The notes under the pieces are model-generated. The model searched no databases and was not told where the DNA came from. It saw nothing but the letters and a program-made list of their open reading frames with translations. Of a stretch of 64,000 nt of DNA, positions 46,149 through 54,084 are shown one piece after another; positions within the stretch are counted from its first letter, which is position 1; each line of letters begins with the position of its first letter. Both the position numbers and the translations under genes were made by a program. The stretch is taken from positions 62,001 to 126,000 of the IMG/VR virus record IMGVR_UViG_3300028393_000019. One strand, written 5' to 3'.

Positions 46149-46326
46149 CCACTTGACCCTTTGAAAAGATCCAGTATTCGTTGATAGGGCACGAGCTGGA
46201 TCCAGATGATACCCAAACACACGCATTGCCTGGTTGCACTACCGCATGCTCGGTTCCCCGTTCTAGTAGCCGAGCCAGCACTACCAGTAGCTCAAACTCG
46301 TTGACTCCGGGCCTTACTTCAACCAT
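46129..46326 (-). CDS. Small hypothetical protein
   Basis: Start moved to 46326 (MVEVRPGVNEFELL). Confidence 0.65.
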   Translation of the reverse strand: MVEVRPGVNEFELLVVLARLLERGTEHAVVQPGNACVWVSSGSSSCPINEYWIFSKGQVVDIQID

Positions 46327-46327
46327 A

Positions 46328-46531
46328 TCAACCCCAATCTTTGAAGTCACCGTTGCGCTCGTTGTCCATGTAGCCCTGCCAATAGGCTGCCACTTCTGCC
46401 TCTGTGAGCTCTGTGACGGGTTCACCATTGTAAGTGCCCTGGGGATATTTGTGTGGACGAGCTGGACGACGGTAGTAGCTGTCTGCACTACCTCTATCAT
46501 AGCATCCGCCATGTACTCGATCTATAACCAT
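46328..46531 (-). CDS. Small hypothetical protein
   Basis: GAGGAG RBS; HGGCYDRGSADSYY motif. Confidence 0.8.
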   Translation of the reverse strand: MVIDRVHGGCYDRGSADSYYRRPARPHKYPQGTYNGEPVTELTEAEVAAYWQGYMDNERNGDFKDWG

Positions 46532-46557
46532 TTTTCTGCTCCTCTAACTAAAACACT

Positions 46558-46586
46558 ATTATAACGCCAAAAGGCACTGCTGTCAA
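46558..46586 (-). promoter_or_regulatory. sigma70 promoter TTGACA-17-TATAAT
   Basis: Perfect consensus. Confidence 0.85.
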
Positions 46587-46613
46587 GCAATGCCCTTAGA
46601 CTCTACAGGGTTA

Positions 46614-46994
46614 TTACAGTTCCATACTAGCGTAGCCGTCGTCTTGCATGCCCTGCTCTGTAAAGCTAACACTAGTCCCTAGCAAGTCGCTTACAGCCGC
46701 CTCAAAGCCCGTGTCTGTGTACATTCGCCAGCTTCCCTCTACATCAGCGCCGTCTACGCCGTCTACGTCATAGCAGACTGCAATGTGTGTGCTAATGTCG
46801 CCATCGCCGTCGTAGTCTGTCTCTGCAATGTGTATGCTTGTAATTGTAACTTCCTCAATGTCGCAGTCCCACATACTGTCGCCTGCAAGTTGTACTTTTA
46901 CTCGGCACTTGTACTCCGTGTTAACAGTGTCGTCTTCTTGTTTAACTTCTACTCTTTTTAGTTTTTTACTAACTTTAAACTGTGTTGCTTGCAT
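46614..46994 (-). CDS. Acidic hypothetical early protein
   Basis: AGGAGCGAA RBS; YTDTGFE...FTEQGMQ motif. Confidence 0.85.
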   Translation of the reverse strand: MQATQFKVSKKLKRVEVKQEDDTVNTEYKCRVKVQLAGDSMWDCDIEEVTITSIHIAETDYDGDGDISTHIAVCYDVDGVDGADVEGSWRMYTDTGFEAAVSDLLGTSVSFTEQGMQDDGYASMEL

Positions 46995-47016
46995 AAGTTT
47001 CGCTCCTTAAAAAACA

Positions 47017-47045
47017 ATTATACTACACTTTGTCCAAAATGTCAA
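47017..47045 (-). promoter_or_regulatory. sigma70 promoter TTGACA-17-TATAAT
   Basis: Perfect consensus. Confidence 0.85.
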
Positions 47046-47077
47046 TGCACTGTAATAAGCCCTTACGGGCTGTAGGG

Positions 47078-47320
47078 TTATGCTGTTTGCTTTGCTTGCA
47101 AACGTGCAATCTCTAGTTGCATTTGCACAATTTTTTCTTTTTCTAGTTTAGCAATAAACTTTACTTTTTTTGCTTCGATATCTCTGCGGAACTTTGCTGT
47201 GCTTACATTTAGCATATAAGACGTTTGTCCGTAGCTTTGCATTGTGTTTTGCATACAGTAAACTTTAGCACGAGCGGCAGACATTGCGAATGCATTAACT
47301 GTGTTTGCGTATTGACCCAT
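47078..47320 (-). CDS. Hypothetical early protein
   Basis: AGGAGTCGAA RBS. Confidence 0.8.
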   Translation of the reverse strand: MGQYANTVNAFAMSAARAKVYCMQNTMQSYGQTSYMLNVSTAKFRRDIEAKKVKFIAKLEKEKIVQMQLEIARLQAKQTA

Positions 47321-47346
47321 TTCGACTCCTTTGTTGCTAAGTTGTT

Positions 47347-47375
47347 ATTATAGCGTCGTTTGGCTAACGTGTCAA
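47347..47375 (-). promoter_or_regulatory. sigma70 promoter TTGACA-17-TATAAT
   Basis: Perfect consensus. Confidence 0.85.
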
Positions 47376-47476
47376 CACAGCACACAATACTGGACCCAAA
47401 TGAAGGGTCTTTTGGTCACGCACCGCTACACGAGCACACCCGCCGTGACCTCAGACCATTCTCGGGACCACACCGC

Positions 47477-47593
47477 TTAACTGATGATCTCTGCTCGAGC
47501 TGTTGTGGGGATAGTTTTGGGTTGAGTTCTGGGCAGAGTCAAACAGCTGAGAGCGCCGTTCCAATGCCATTTTTTACAGTTGATGCATTCCAT
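47477..47593 (-). CDS. Small protein (38 aa, MECINCKKWHW...)
   Basis: AAGGA RBS directly after promoter 47618-47646. Confidence 0.55.
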   Translation of the reverse strand: MECINCKKWHWNGALSCLTLPRTQPKTIPTTARAEIIS

Positions 47594-47617
47594 GTGAGTC
47601 CTTGTTGATCAAGCTGT

Positions 47618-47646
47618 ATTATAACACAAGTGATGCCCTCATGCAA
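47618..47646 (-). promoter_or_regulatory. sigma70-like promoter TTGCAT-17-TATAAT
   Basis: Read directly. Confidence 0.75.
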
Positions 47647-47658
47647 CACAAGAAGCAG

Positions 47659-47862
47659 TTATTCGTTGTGAACCGTGACTTGATAACGGGTACGGGGCAA
47701 CTCAGTCAATATGTACTCTGATGCTTCCCATTGATCTGTAAACACAGCAAAGTCACAGGTGCTGTTGTTGTATTTGAAACAGTGTATGTGACCATTGTCT
47801 CCCTGCTTAACATGTACAGCGTGAGTTGAAGTTCTGATAGTGACAGCAAAGGCAGCTCGCAT
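47659..47862 (-). CDS. Small hypothetical protein
   Basis: GGGAG RBS. Confidence 0.7.
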   Translation of the reverse strand: MRAAFAVTIRTSTHAVHVKQGDNGHIHCFKYNNSTCDFAVFTDQWEASEYILTELPRTRYQVTVHNE

Positions 47863-47864
47863 GT

Positions 47865-48460
47865 GATTCTCCCGGTTGTATATAGTACTTATGAGTTAGA
47901 CCTATTTGAACCGTGATTATAGTGTGATCACACGGTACTAGCGTGTGACTCGGTGATCTATCGTGTGGCAAAGTGTGAAATAGATCTCATCATGGCGCAT
48001 AGCGGTGTGTACAGCGGGGCCTTTGGGGCCAAAATGTGTCAAAAAGTGTGACAAAGTGCAATAAAGTGTGACAAGATCAAGACTGTGAATCACTATCTAG
48101 GTTGGGGCCACAGTGGCACAGGGTTGATCAGAATGGTGAACCGTGGGGCAGAGAGGCATAGTTACAATGAATACTAGTCATTACGCCACATCTCCCACAC
48201 TGACCTACACGTACAGCGGGGCCTTTACACTAGTGTCCATATTGTGCCCACTGCAAATCCCAGGCCCCAGGCCCATAACAGCACAGTCAGCATCAAGGGT
48301 ATATACAACCATTCGTCCATGATGATAGTTTCAAAAGTCATATCAGTATCTCCATTATGATGTACATGCACAGCGGGGCCTTGTATACTGTAGCTTGTAC
48401 ACAGTGCTAGCAGGCTTTAGAAAGTTCCGCAGTCATCAGTGTATATAGTAAAAAGAACCA
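47865..48460. repeat. Non-coding repeat-rich region (origin candidate)
   Basis: ACAGCGGGGCCTT x3 (48011, 48213, 48370); AAAGTGTGA x3 (47970, 48043, 48063); palindrome GTGTGATCACAC at 47922. Confidence 0.6.
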
Positions 48461-48491
48461 AAAGAAAAGCACCTGTGCTAACGGGTGCTTT
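48461..48491 (-). terminator. Intrinsic terminator
   Basis: AAAGCACC/GGTGCTTT stem followed by TTTTCTTTT on the minus strand. Confidence 0.75.
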
Positions 48492-48531
48492 AGTGACAGC
48501 GTAGCTGACGCTTGTAATAGTTCCGGTCCCG

Positions 48532-48720
48532 TTACTGTCCCGTATTGGTGTTCACTAGTGCAGGCTCATTGGGATCAGTGTGAGTAGTCTGTGTTAAGCC
48601 GTTAAAAGCCATTGCTTCACGCAGTGCTCTCACTGTGTCAACGTGTGTGTCGGGCACTGGAGTGCTCACTGGCACTACATCGTTTACACCCGTTTCATTG
48701 TAGGTCACATAGCTGGTCAT
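48532..48720 (-). CDS. Small hypothetical protein
   Basis: AAGGA RBS. Confidence 0.65.
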   Translation of the reverse strand: MTSYVTYNETGVNDVVPVSTPVPDTHVDTVRALREAMAFNGLTQTTHTDPNEPALVNTNTGQ

Positions 48721-48726
48721 AGTGTG

Positions 48727-48957
48727 TTATCCTTGATATCCAGGTATAGTGTCAATGCCATGCTGTTCCAATACAACTTGCCCCACCCAATCTGCTGTGT
48801 TCATGTAGCGATTGGTGTTCTGTAGGTGTGCAAACCATTCAGCATGTTCGTGTGCTTCTGATTCAGAGTAGTTGCCCGCATCGGTCAGATCAAATCTTCG
48901 TACAGTTTGATTGGTGCTGGGGCTGTGTGCGTATACTGTGTAACGGCTTGTGGGCAT
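48727..48957 (-). CDS. Small hypothetical protein
   Basis: AAGGAG RBS; GATAAATA about 25 nt upstream. Confidence 0.75.
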   Translation of the reverse strand: MPTSRYTVYAHSPSTNQTVRRFDLTDAGNYSESEAHEHAEWFAHLQNTNRYMNTADWVGQVVLEQHGIDTIPGYQG

Positions 48958-49073
48958 GAGTGACTCCTTGTTGGTATCAGTATTTATCGTGTGTTAGCCA
49001 CAAGCAAGGCCGGATCGTATCTGGGCTTGCGCAGTTGTTGACGAGTGTGAATGGTAATGAACGCGAGTTGGCG

Positions 49074-49517
49074 TTATTGTGCCGCTTTACCGGACGCTTT
49101 TCTATCGCTCCGCTTGTGCTTTGCACTGGAAATTTTGCGCTCCGGCTTCTTCTTCAAAATTTTAGCGTCCGCCTGTTTCACAGACTTCTTACGCTTCATC
49201 ATCACATTGGTACTCTGCCGGTTACGATCTAGATAGCCCGCATACTTGGGATCCAATGGCACAGGAGGCGGTATCTGATCTGGAGTTAGACGTGCTATGT
49301 CATCTGCTGTCATGGGCTCCCAATTGGCTCGATCTGCCGCCAACTGTTCAGCTCGATAGCTCACATACACCGCAGGTTCAAATGTCACAATGTGCCAGCA
49401 CAGGGTCGCAAATAGAGCCGCCACTAGGTATACACCCAATTTGTCAATGGGCCATGCTTCGTAGCGCCACCAATACTTGATGTCAGCTAAGGGATCAACT
49501 GAGTTGTAGGTTCTCAT
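49074..49517 (-). CDS. Membrane-anchored protein with basic C-terminal tail
   Basis: One hydrophobic helix; Lys/Arg-rich end. Confidence 0.65.
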   Translation of the reverse strand: MRTYNSVDPLADIKYWWRYEAWPIDKLGVYLVAALFATLCWHIVTFEPAVYVSYRAEQLAADRANWEPMTADDIARLTPDQIPPPVPLDPKYAGYLDRNRQSTNVMMKRKKSVKQADAKILKKKPERKISSAKHKRSDRKASGKAAQ

Positions 49518-49753
49518 ATGGCTGATCGATTATAGGTTTGGCCGGGGTCTTGTATTTCACAGTAGTGTAGCCGATCTATGATATTCCAAACAGAGCAGTC
49601 ACTATGGGGTATGATCTGCTCCACAGCTCGATCTGTAAAGCTCTTGCCCGTAACAGCCCAAGTGCCTGTTGACGTGGCCGAATATGCAGTTGACAGCACA
49701 GTGTTGGCACAGCCTGACAGCATCACTGAGCCGATCAACAACAGCAGTTTCAT
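49514..49753 (-). CDS. Putative lipoprotein
   Basis: Lipobox MLSG-C after a hydrophobic signal. Confidence 0.75.
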   Translation of the reverse strand: MKLLLLIGSVMLSGCANTVLSTAYSATSTGTWAVTGKSFTDRAVEQIIPHSDCSVWNIIDRLHYCEIQDPGQTYNRSAI

Positions 49754-49962
49754 TGGGGTCTTTCTGTGAATCTGCTTAAAAATGCTTCCAGCCTACAGGT
49801 GTATTCTTTGTCATCTGTACTGGTGTAGCGTATCCAAGCATCGGGCTCTTCGTTTGGGCACCATACGGCCTGCACTACAAACTGTTCACGTGCTGTACCC
49901 ACCCAATGTGAGCCCACTCGGGGCTGTGCTTGCTGTCTGTCCTGCGTGGTCCATGTGGTCAT
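49750..49962 (-). CDS. Small hypothetical protein
   Basis: Coupled ORF; YTCRLEAFLSRF. Confidence 0.75.
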   Translation of the reverse strand: MTTWTTQDRQQAQPRVGSHWVGTAREQFVVQAVWCPNEEPDAWIRYTSTDDKEYTCRLEAFLSRFTERPQ

Positions 49963-50201
49963 TCTATCATTCCTCCTGGGTTGGCCTGCTCAATTTCATC
50001 TAGTTTTTCCCACACATATCGAACCAGCCCTTTGCCAATTTCTGTGTGGGTAGTACACAACAGCGTGACCCTGCTGAGCAACACACCCGTGACATCTATG
50101 GCGTTCAGCATGCCTTCATATTGACGTATCAGGCTGTCCATGTCTTCTACCAGTGCATCTATGTACACTTCTTTTTCTTGTTCTTCTGGGGTCAGTGCCA
50201 T
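49959..50201 (-). CDS. Small hypothetical protein
   Basis: Coupled ORF. Confidence 0.7.
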   Translation of the reverse strand: MALTPEEQEKEVYIDALVEDMDSLIRQYEGMLNAIDVTGVLLSRVTLLCTTHTEIGKGLVRYVWEKLDEIEQANPGGMIE

Positions 50202-50485
50202 AGCATCCTTATCAATCCCACACTATCAATGCTGACCAGCAAGCAGTAGTTGGCCAGCATGCCAAATGATTGTCTAGTCCAGCTGGCCCAAGCATACATG
50301 GCACAACCCGTGATCCAAATGGGATACAGCATGATCAGTGGCGGAGTGGGCACAGTAACAGCCATTGTGATACTACAACCAATGCTGATAGCCCAAGCCA
50401 GCAGTTCAACAGCAAAACGAAAAGGATTGCTGGTAAAATCATCACGTATCCAATCCCATGTGGGTTTAAAAATGGTCATTATCAT
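50192..50485 (-). CDS. Small multi-pass membrane protein
   Basis: Three hydrophobic helices. Confidence 0.75.
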   Translation of the reverse strand: MIMTIFKPTWDWIRDDFTSNPFRFAVELLAWAISIGCSITMAVTVPTPPLIMLYPIWITGCAMYAWASWTRQSFGMLANYCLLVSIDSVGLIRMLWH

Positions 50486-50520
50486 ACTGTAATTATACGC
50501 TCAATTGTGCAAAGGTCAAC

Positions 50521-50542
50521 AAAAAAGGCTGTTGCCAGCCTT
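50521..50542 (-). terminator. Intrinsic terminator abutting promoter TTGACC-16-TATAAT (50492-50519)
   Basis: AAGGCTG/CAGCCTT stem plus T-run. Confidence 0.7.
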
Positions 50543-50562
50543 GATTGTCATCAGGGGTAGAA

Positions 50563-50850
50563 TTAACCCTTGATCAGTTCCACTGTCAAACCTGCTTGTT
50601 TGGCAGCATAGCCCAGTGCTACGATTTCACGGCTTGGGCGACCCAATTCGTAAGTGGTAACTGTAACGCCATTGCCAGCTTTGCTAGTATTAGCATACAC
50701 AGCATGACCGTTGGCACGCAACCGGCTGGCTTCTGCTGACAAGTTCTTGATACCAAACTTCTTTTCAGCTTGTGACTGGGTAAATGTATTACCTGCCTTG
50801 AGAGCTTCCAATAGTTTGTAGGTCTTAGTTTCTGGATTGAAATATTTCAT
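50563..50850 (-). CDS. Winged-helix DNA-binding protein
   Basis: LLEALKAG..FT..QA...FGIKNL.A..SRLR..G..V pattern; promoter TTGCAA-17-TATACT at 50895-50923. Confidence 0.7.
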   Translation of the reverse strand: MKYFNPETKTYKLLEALKAGNTFTQSQAEKKFGIKNLSAEASRLRANGHAVYANTSKAGNGVTVTTYELGRPSREIVALGYAAKQAGLTVELIKG

Positions 50851-50909
50851 CTTTGTTTCCTTTTAGATTATGCTGAAATTGATCAGCTATATCTAGTATA
50901 ACAAAGCAG

Positions 50910-51281
50910 TCACTTGGTTGCAACTGTTTTGGCAGAATTGTCTGTGATCATTTCACCAAAAAACTTCTTGTGGGGGAAACGTTCGCTTACACGTTGTGTC
51001 AGCAGTGTCATATCAGGTGCTTGGGCCAGAAACTCACCTGTGTCTCGAGCATAGGCGTACAACACAGAGCCCACCTGTTCCACACGCATCATAACAGCAC
51101 CATCCGGTGCACTGTCAGCTTCTTCAGCTGTGATCTCGGCCAATCGGGTCAACACCTGTTGCATGTTCTCGGGATGCTCCACTATGCTTTGGCTGACCTT
51201 GAGCAGAGCCCAATGCTTGCCCAAATGAAATGCTATGTAAAACACAGCCACATAGCCCATGAAGTCGAATATTGCGTCCAT
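50910..51281 (-). CDS. Hypothetical protein with N-terminal TM helix
   Basis: FLAQAP...RFP motif. Confidence 0.75.
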   Translation of the reverse strand: MDAIFDFMGYVAVFYIAFHLGKHWALLKVSQSIVEHPENMQQVLTRLAEITAEEADSAPDGAVMMRVEQVGSVLYAYARDTGEFLAQAPDMTLLTQRVSERFPHKKFFGEMITDNSAKTVATK

Positions 51282-51292
51282 ATGTTATTTAC

Positions 51293-51601
51293 TCAATCTT
51301 TTATGCATTCCAACATGGCGATTTTGGCAATCTTTTCGCCAAAGTCTTCGTTTTTGCCAATAATGTAGATGTCGTGATCGTGCCTATCTGACTTGCGATC
51401 ATAGCGACTAAACTCTACAACCTTGCCTCCTACCGCATTGTAGATCTTGAACTGTAGGGTAGGATCACTGCCCACATCACGTGTGGCCACTGCGTTCATG
51501 CCGCGGCTCAGTTTGGGTGTTGGGTAGCAATCTTCTTCTCGACCGGCTTTGTCCCAATCATCACGCACCCATTTAACTACCATTCGTTTTAACCAATTCA
51601 T
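51293..51601 (-). CDS. Hypothetical protein
   Basis: Start moved to 51601 (MNWLKRMVVKW), AAGGA RBS. Confidence 0.8.
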   Translation of the reverse strand: MNWLKRMVVKWVRDDWDKAGREEDCYPTPKLSRGMNAVATRDVGSDPTLQFKIYNAVGGKVVEFSRYDRKSDRHDHDIYIIGKNEDFGEKIAKIAMLECIKD

Positions 51602-51834
51602 TTTGTTTCCTTTCGCGGAGTTGTGCATGAATCACTCCATGTTTCCTGTGCTTGACGTTGATATTCCTCAAGCTCTTGATCACGTTTCATTTCTTCTTCT
51701 AGCCACAGCATCCGTTGATGAGTATACATTTCTTCTGTGAGCCCGTGCCAACCGATGCACTTGCCTGTGGGTGAGCGGCCACAGCCACACTTGCCAAACT
51801 CTTTACTATCTTCTTTAGCTCTGATCTGCATCAT
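51598..51834 (-). CDS. CDGSH-like iron-sulfur domain protein (variant motif)
   Basis: CGCGRSPTGKCIGWH. Confidence 0.6.
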   Translation of the reverse strand: MMQIRAKEDSKEFGKCGCGRSPTGKCIGWHGLTEEMYTHQRMLWLEEEMKRDQELEEYQRQAQETWSDSCTTPRKETK

Positions 51835-51925
51835 TCATCTCCTTGTAGTGCTTCTATTGCTTTTAGAATCAGTATGACCACTATATAGGCCACACAGATA
51901 AAAATAACGCCTTCTATAATAACTA

Positions 51926-52108
51926 TCATAGTTTCATTATCCTTTGTATAGTTGCTGTGGCTTCGGGCCATTCTTTACGTTCCAATTGTGCTTCTATTGC
52001 ACGTTCCACAGCCGCATGCATACTGGCCAAGTGAGGCCTAGTCCAACTGGTTGCATAGGGCTGTGTCCAACTTATGCTCCATAGGTATTTGTTTGGTCTA
52101 TCGTTCAT
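51926..52108 (-). CDS. Small hypothetical protein
   Basis: Coupled 60-aa ORF. Confidence 0.65.
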   Translation of the reverse strand: MNDRPNKYLWSISWTQPYATSWTRPHLASMHAAVERAIEAQLERKEWPEATATIQRIMKL

Positions 52109-52383
52109 TTTTCAACTCCGAAATGTTCTTTTAAATCTTTAGCCAGATGTTCGGCAACTCGTTTAACGGTGTTTAGGCACACATCATCAAATCCATCACC
52201 TTCTTCAACATCGGTAATAACACCCATCAGTTCATAGGAGTGATGTTTATTGAGTTTGGCACATTCTAACACAATCAACTCAGCAAACTTTTCCACAAAC
52301 TCATCGGGTAGGCTGTATCTGCTACCACTGGGTCCGTCTGTTAGACTAGCGTCTTCATATAGTTTTTTTATGTTATTGTTCAT
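52105..52383 (-). CDS. Hypothetical protein (KFAELIV.EC family)
   Basis: Paralogous to 53482..53685. Confidence 0.8.
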   Translation of the reverse strand: MNNNIKKLYEDASLTDGPSGSRYSLPDEFVEKFAELIVLECAKLNKHHSYELMGVITDVEEGDGFDDVCLNTVKRVAEHLAKDLKEHFGVEK

Positions 52384-52840
52384 TTTTATGTTCTCTTGTT
52401 AGTTCTGCTACAAACAAAAACTTCTCGTAGGCCTTGCGCACAGTTGGGTGTTCTAATAGCTTTTCAGCTTCTGCCATCATGGCTTTTACTGCGGCTTCTG
52501 ATGCTTCTCTAGTACTGCCTCTAGTCAAATATCCATCGTTGCCCAATTCTTTCTTGAGTTTTGCCCAGGCTCGTTGAGCCGCTGGAGTAATTGGTGTGGT
52601 CTGTGGACGAAGCTCATTGGCTTTCATCAGTGCTTCACTGATCTTATCTTCAGCAACACGACCAGCCGCAATCATAGGAGCATACGCAGGATCAATATTG
52701 AAACGACGCATGCTACCTCCTGGATAGTTCTGCACTAGGTGAGTGCCTTTGGGAAAACTGTCGCAGAATTCGGCAGAGTATGTGCTGTGCGGAACATAGC
52801 GTCTGCCCTTCTTGACGTAGAAAATTGTTTCTTCTTTCAC
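52373..52840 (-). CDS. Hypothetical protein
   Basis: 155-aa coupled ORF. Confidence 0.8.
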   Translation of the reverse strand: MKEETIFYVKKGRRYVPHSTYSAEFCDSFPKGTHLVQNYPGGSMRRFNIDPAYAPMIAAGRVAEDKISEALMKANELRPQTTPITPAAQRAWAKLKKELGNDGYLTRGSTREASEAAVKAMMAEAEKLLEHPTVRKAYEKFLFVAELTREHKNEQ

Positions 52841-53055
52841 TTGTTGTGTCCTAATGTTTCCGGGCTATGATCCAATCTGTTACCCGAGTCATCTGAATAG
52901 AATGTAGCGTCCTTGTCTGTTATTGTAACAGATAAGTCACAATGCAACAGGTCATAATCGGTAAATTCAAAGTTGTCTGTATAAACACGAAACACATATA
53001 CTCCTGCACCTGTGTATATCAATTGTCCTTCTACACCTTCAGCTGACAGTTTCAT
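52837..53055 (-). CDS. Small hypothetical protein
   Basis: Coupled ORF. Confidence 0.75.
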   Translation of the reverse strand: MKLSAEGVEGQLIYTGAGVYVFRVYTDNFEFTDYDLLHCDLSVTITDKDATFYSDDSGNRLDHSPETLGHNK

Positions 53056-53291
53056 TTACGCACACCTCGAATATCTTTATATTTCACACGAAGCATTGTT
53101 AGCCAATTGTCATCAATCTTCATAGGCAAGTCTAAATGGACACTTACCATAGGGCCTTCTAGTTCACTACGCATGTTGTCTGTGTAAGCACTACCCACCC
53201 AGGGTATGCCTTTGTACGATCCTTCTACCCTGTCACCAAACTTGTATCGGGGCTTGGGGCGATGCTGTTCAAAGTATTCAGCTAGGTTCAT
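53052..53291 (-). CDS. Small hypothetical protein (SH3-like pattern)
   Basis: YKFGDRVEG pattern. Confidence 0.75.
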   Translation of the reverse strand: MNLAEYFEQHRPKPRYKFGDRVEGSYKGIPWVGSAYTDNMRSELEGPMVSVHLDLPMKIDDNWLTMLRVKYKDIRGVRK

Positions 53292-53485
53292 TTCTTAAAC
53301 CTCGGCATGACATTATGTCCTGTGTATTGAAAACTATCCAGCATGGGCAATAGGCCAGCCAAATCATCACTAGGGTGTCGTTGTATCAGGGGGTGACCAG
53401 CGCCGTCAGATAGCATAAAGTACAACTTCTCTGTACCCTCTTCAATTTGATATTCAAAGATGTATTGTAAGTCTTCTAAGGTCAT
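53288..53485 (-). CDS. Small hypothetical protein
   Basis: Coupled ORF. Confidence 0.7.
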   Translation of the reverse strand: MTLEDLQYIFEYQIEEGTEKLYFMLSDGAGHPLIQRHPSDDLAGLLPMLDSFQYTGHNVMPRFKK

Positions 53486-53685
53486 TCTTCAACTCCGAAA
53501 TGTGTTAATATATTACCACCAATCCATTCGCACTTGTTTTCATCTGCGATATCAGCAACATTAGCACATTCCCGCACAATCAACTCGGCGAACTTTGCCA
53601 AGGGAACATTATCCCAATTCTCAATAGGAAAGTTAGCATCATCTAAGCCAGCCTGTCTAACAAGTTCTCGAATTCGTTCGTTCAT
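53482..53685 (-). CDS. Hypothetical protein (MNERIREL...KFAELIVREC family)
   Basis: Paralogous to 52105..52383. Confidence 0.8.
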   Translation of the reverse strand: MNERIRELVRQAGLDDANFPIENWDNVPLAKFAELIVRECANVADIADENKCEWIGGNILTHFGVEE

Positions 53686-54038
53686 TTTTCAATCCCGTCC
53701 ACACGTTTGCCTTCTTTAAGTGTACGCATCAACTGTCGATTCTTTTCTTTTTGTTCAGCGGCTTCGCGTTTCTTTTCATCGCTAAGACGCAACATCATGT
53801 CGTATTCACGGGCCCAGCGCACACCAGCTAACCAATCTTCAAGTCGTTCCAAACTACCCACAAACAGTTCAGCATCACGTGAGTAAATTGGCAATACATC
53901 TGGATCTTTTGGCTTAAGACTTAGAGCACCGTGATCATCCGACCAATCACTGTGCTTACTTTTGGCAAACTTAAAACCCAGCTGGTCAATTTGTTCTTCA
54001 AGCCGACGAATTCGTTCAATTGTGTTCCAACCGCTCAT
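53682..54038 (-). CDS. Hypothetical protein
   Basis: AAGGA RBS; promoter TTGACA-17-TATAAT at 54068-54096. Confidence 0.8.
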   Translation of the reverse strand: MSGWNTIERIRRLEEQIDQLGFKFAKSKHSDWSDDHGALSLKPKDPDVLPIYSRDAELFVGSLERLEDWLAGVRWAREYDMMLRLSDEKKREAAEQKEKNRQLMRTLKEGKRVDGIEK

Positions 54039-54084
54039 AACTGTCCTTCTTAGTTTACGATACAGTCATTATACTATCTTTGAT

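Noticed and set aside
47865-48460. CRISPR array
   Set aside because: Repeats are only 13-16 nt with spacings of 202 and 157 nt, and no cas genes are present.
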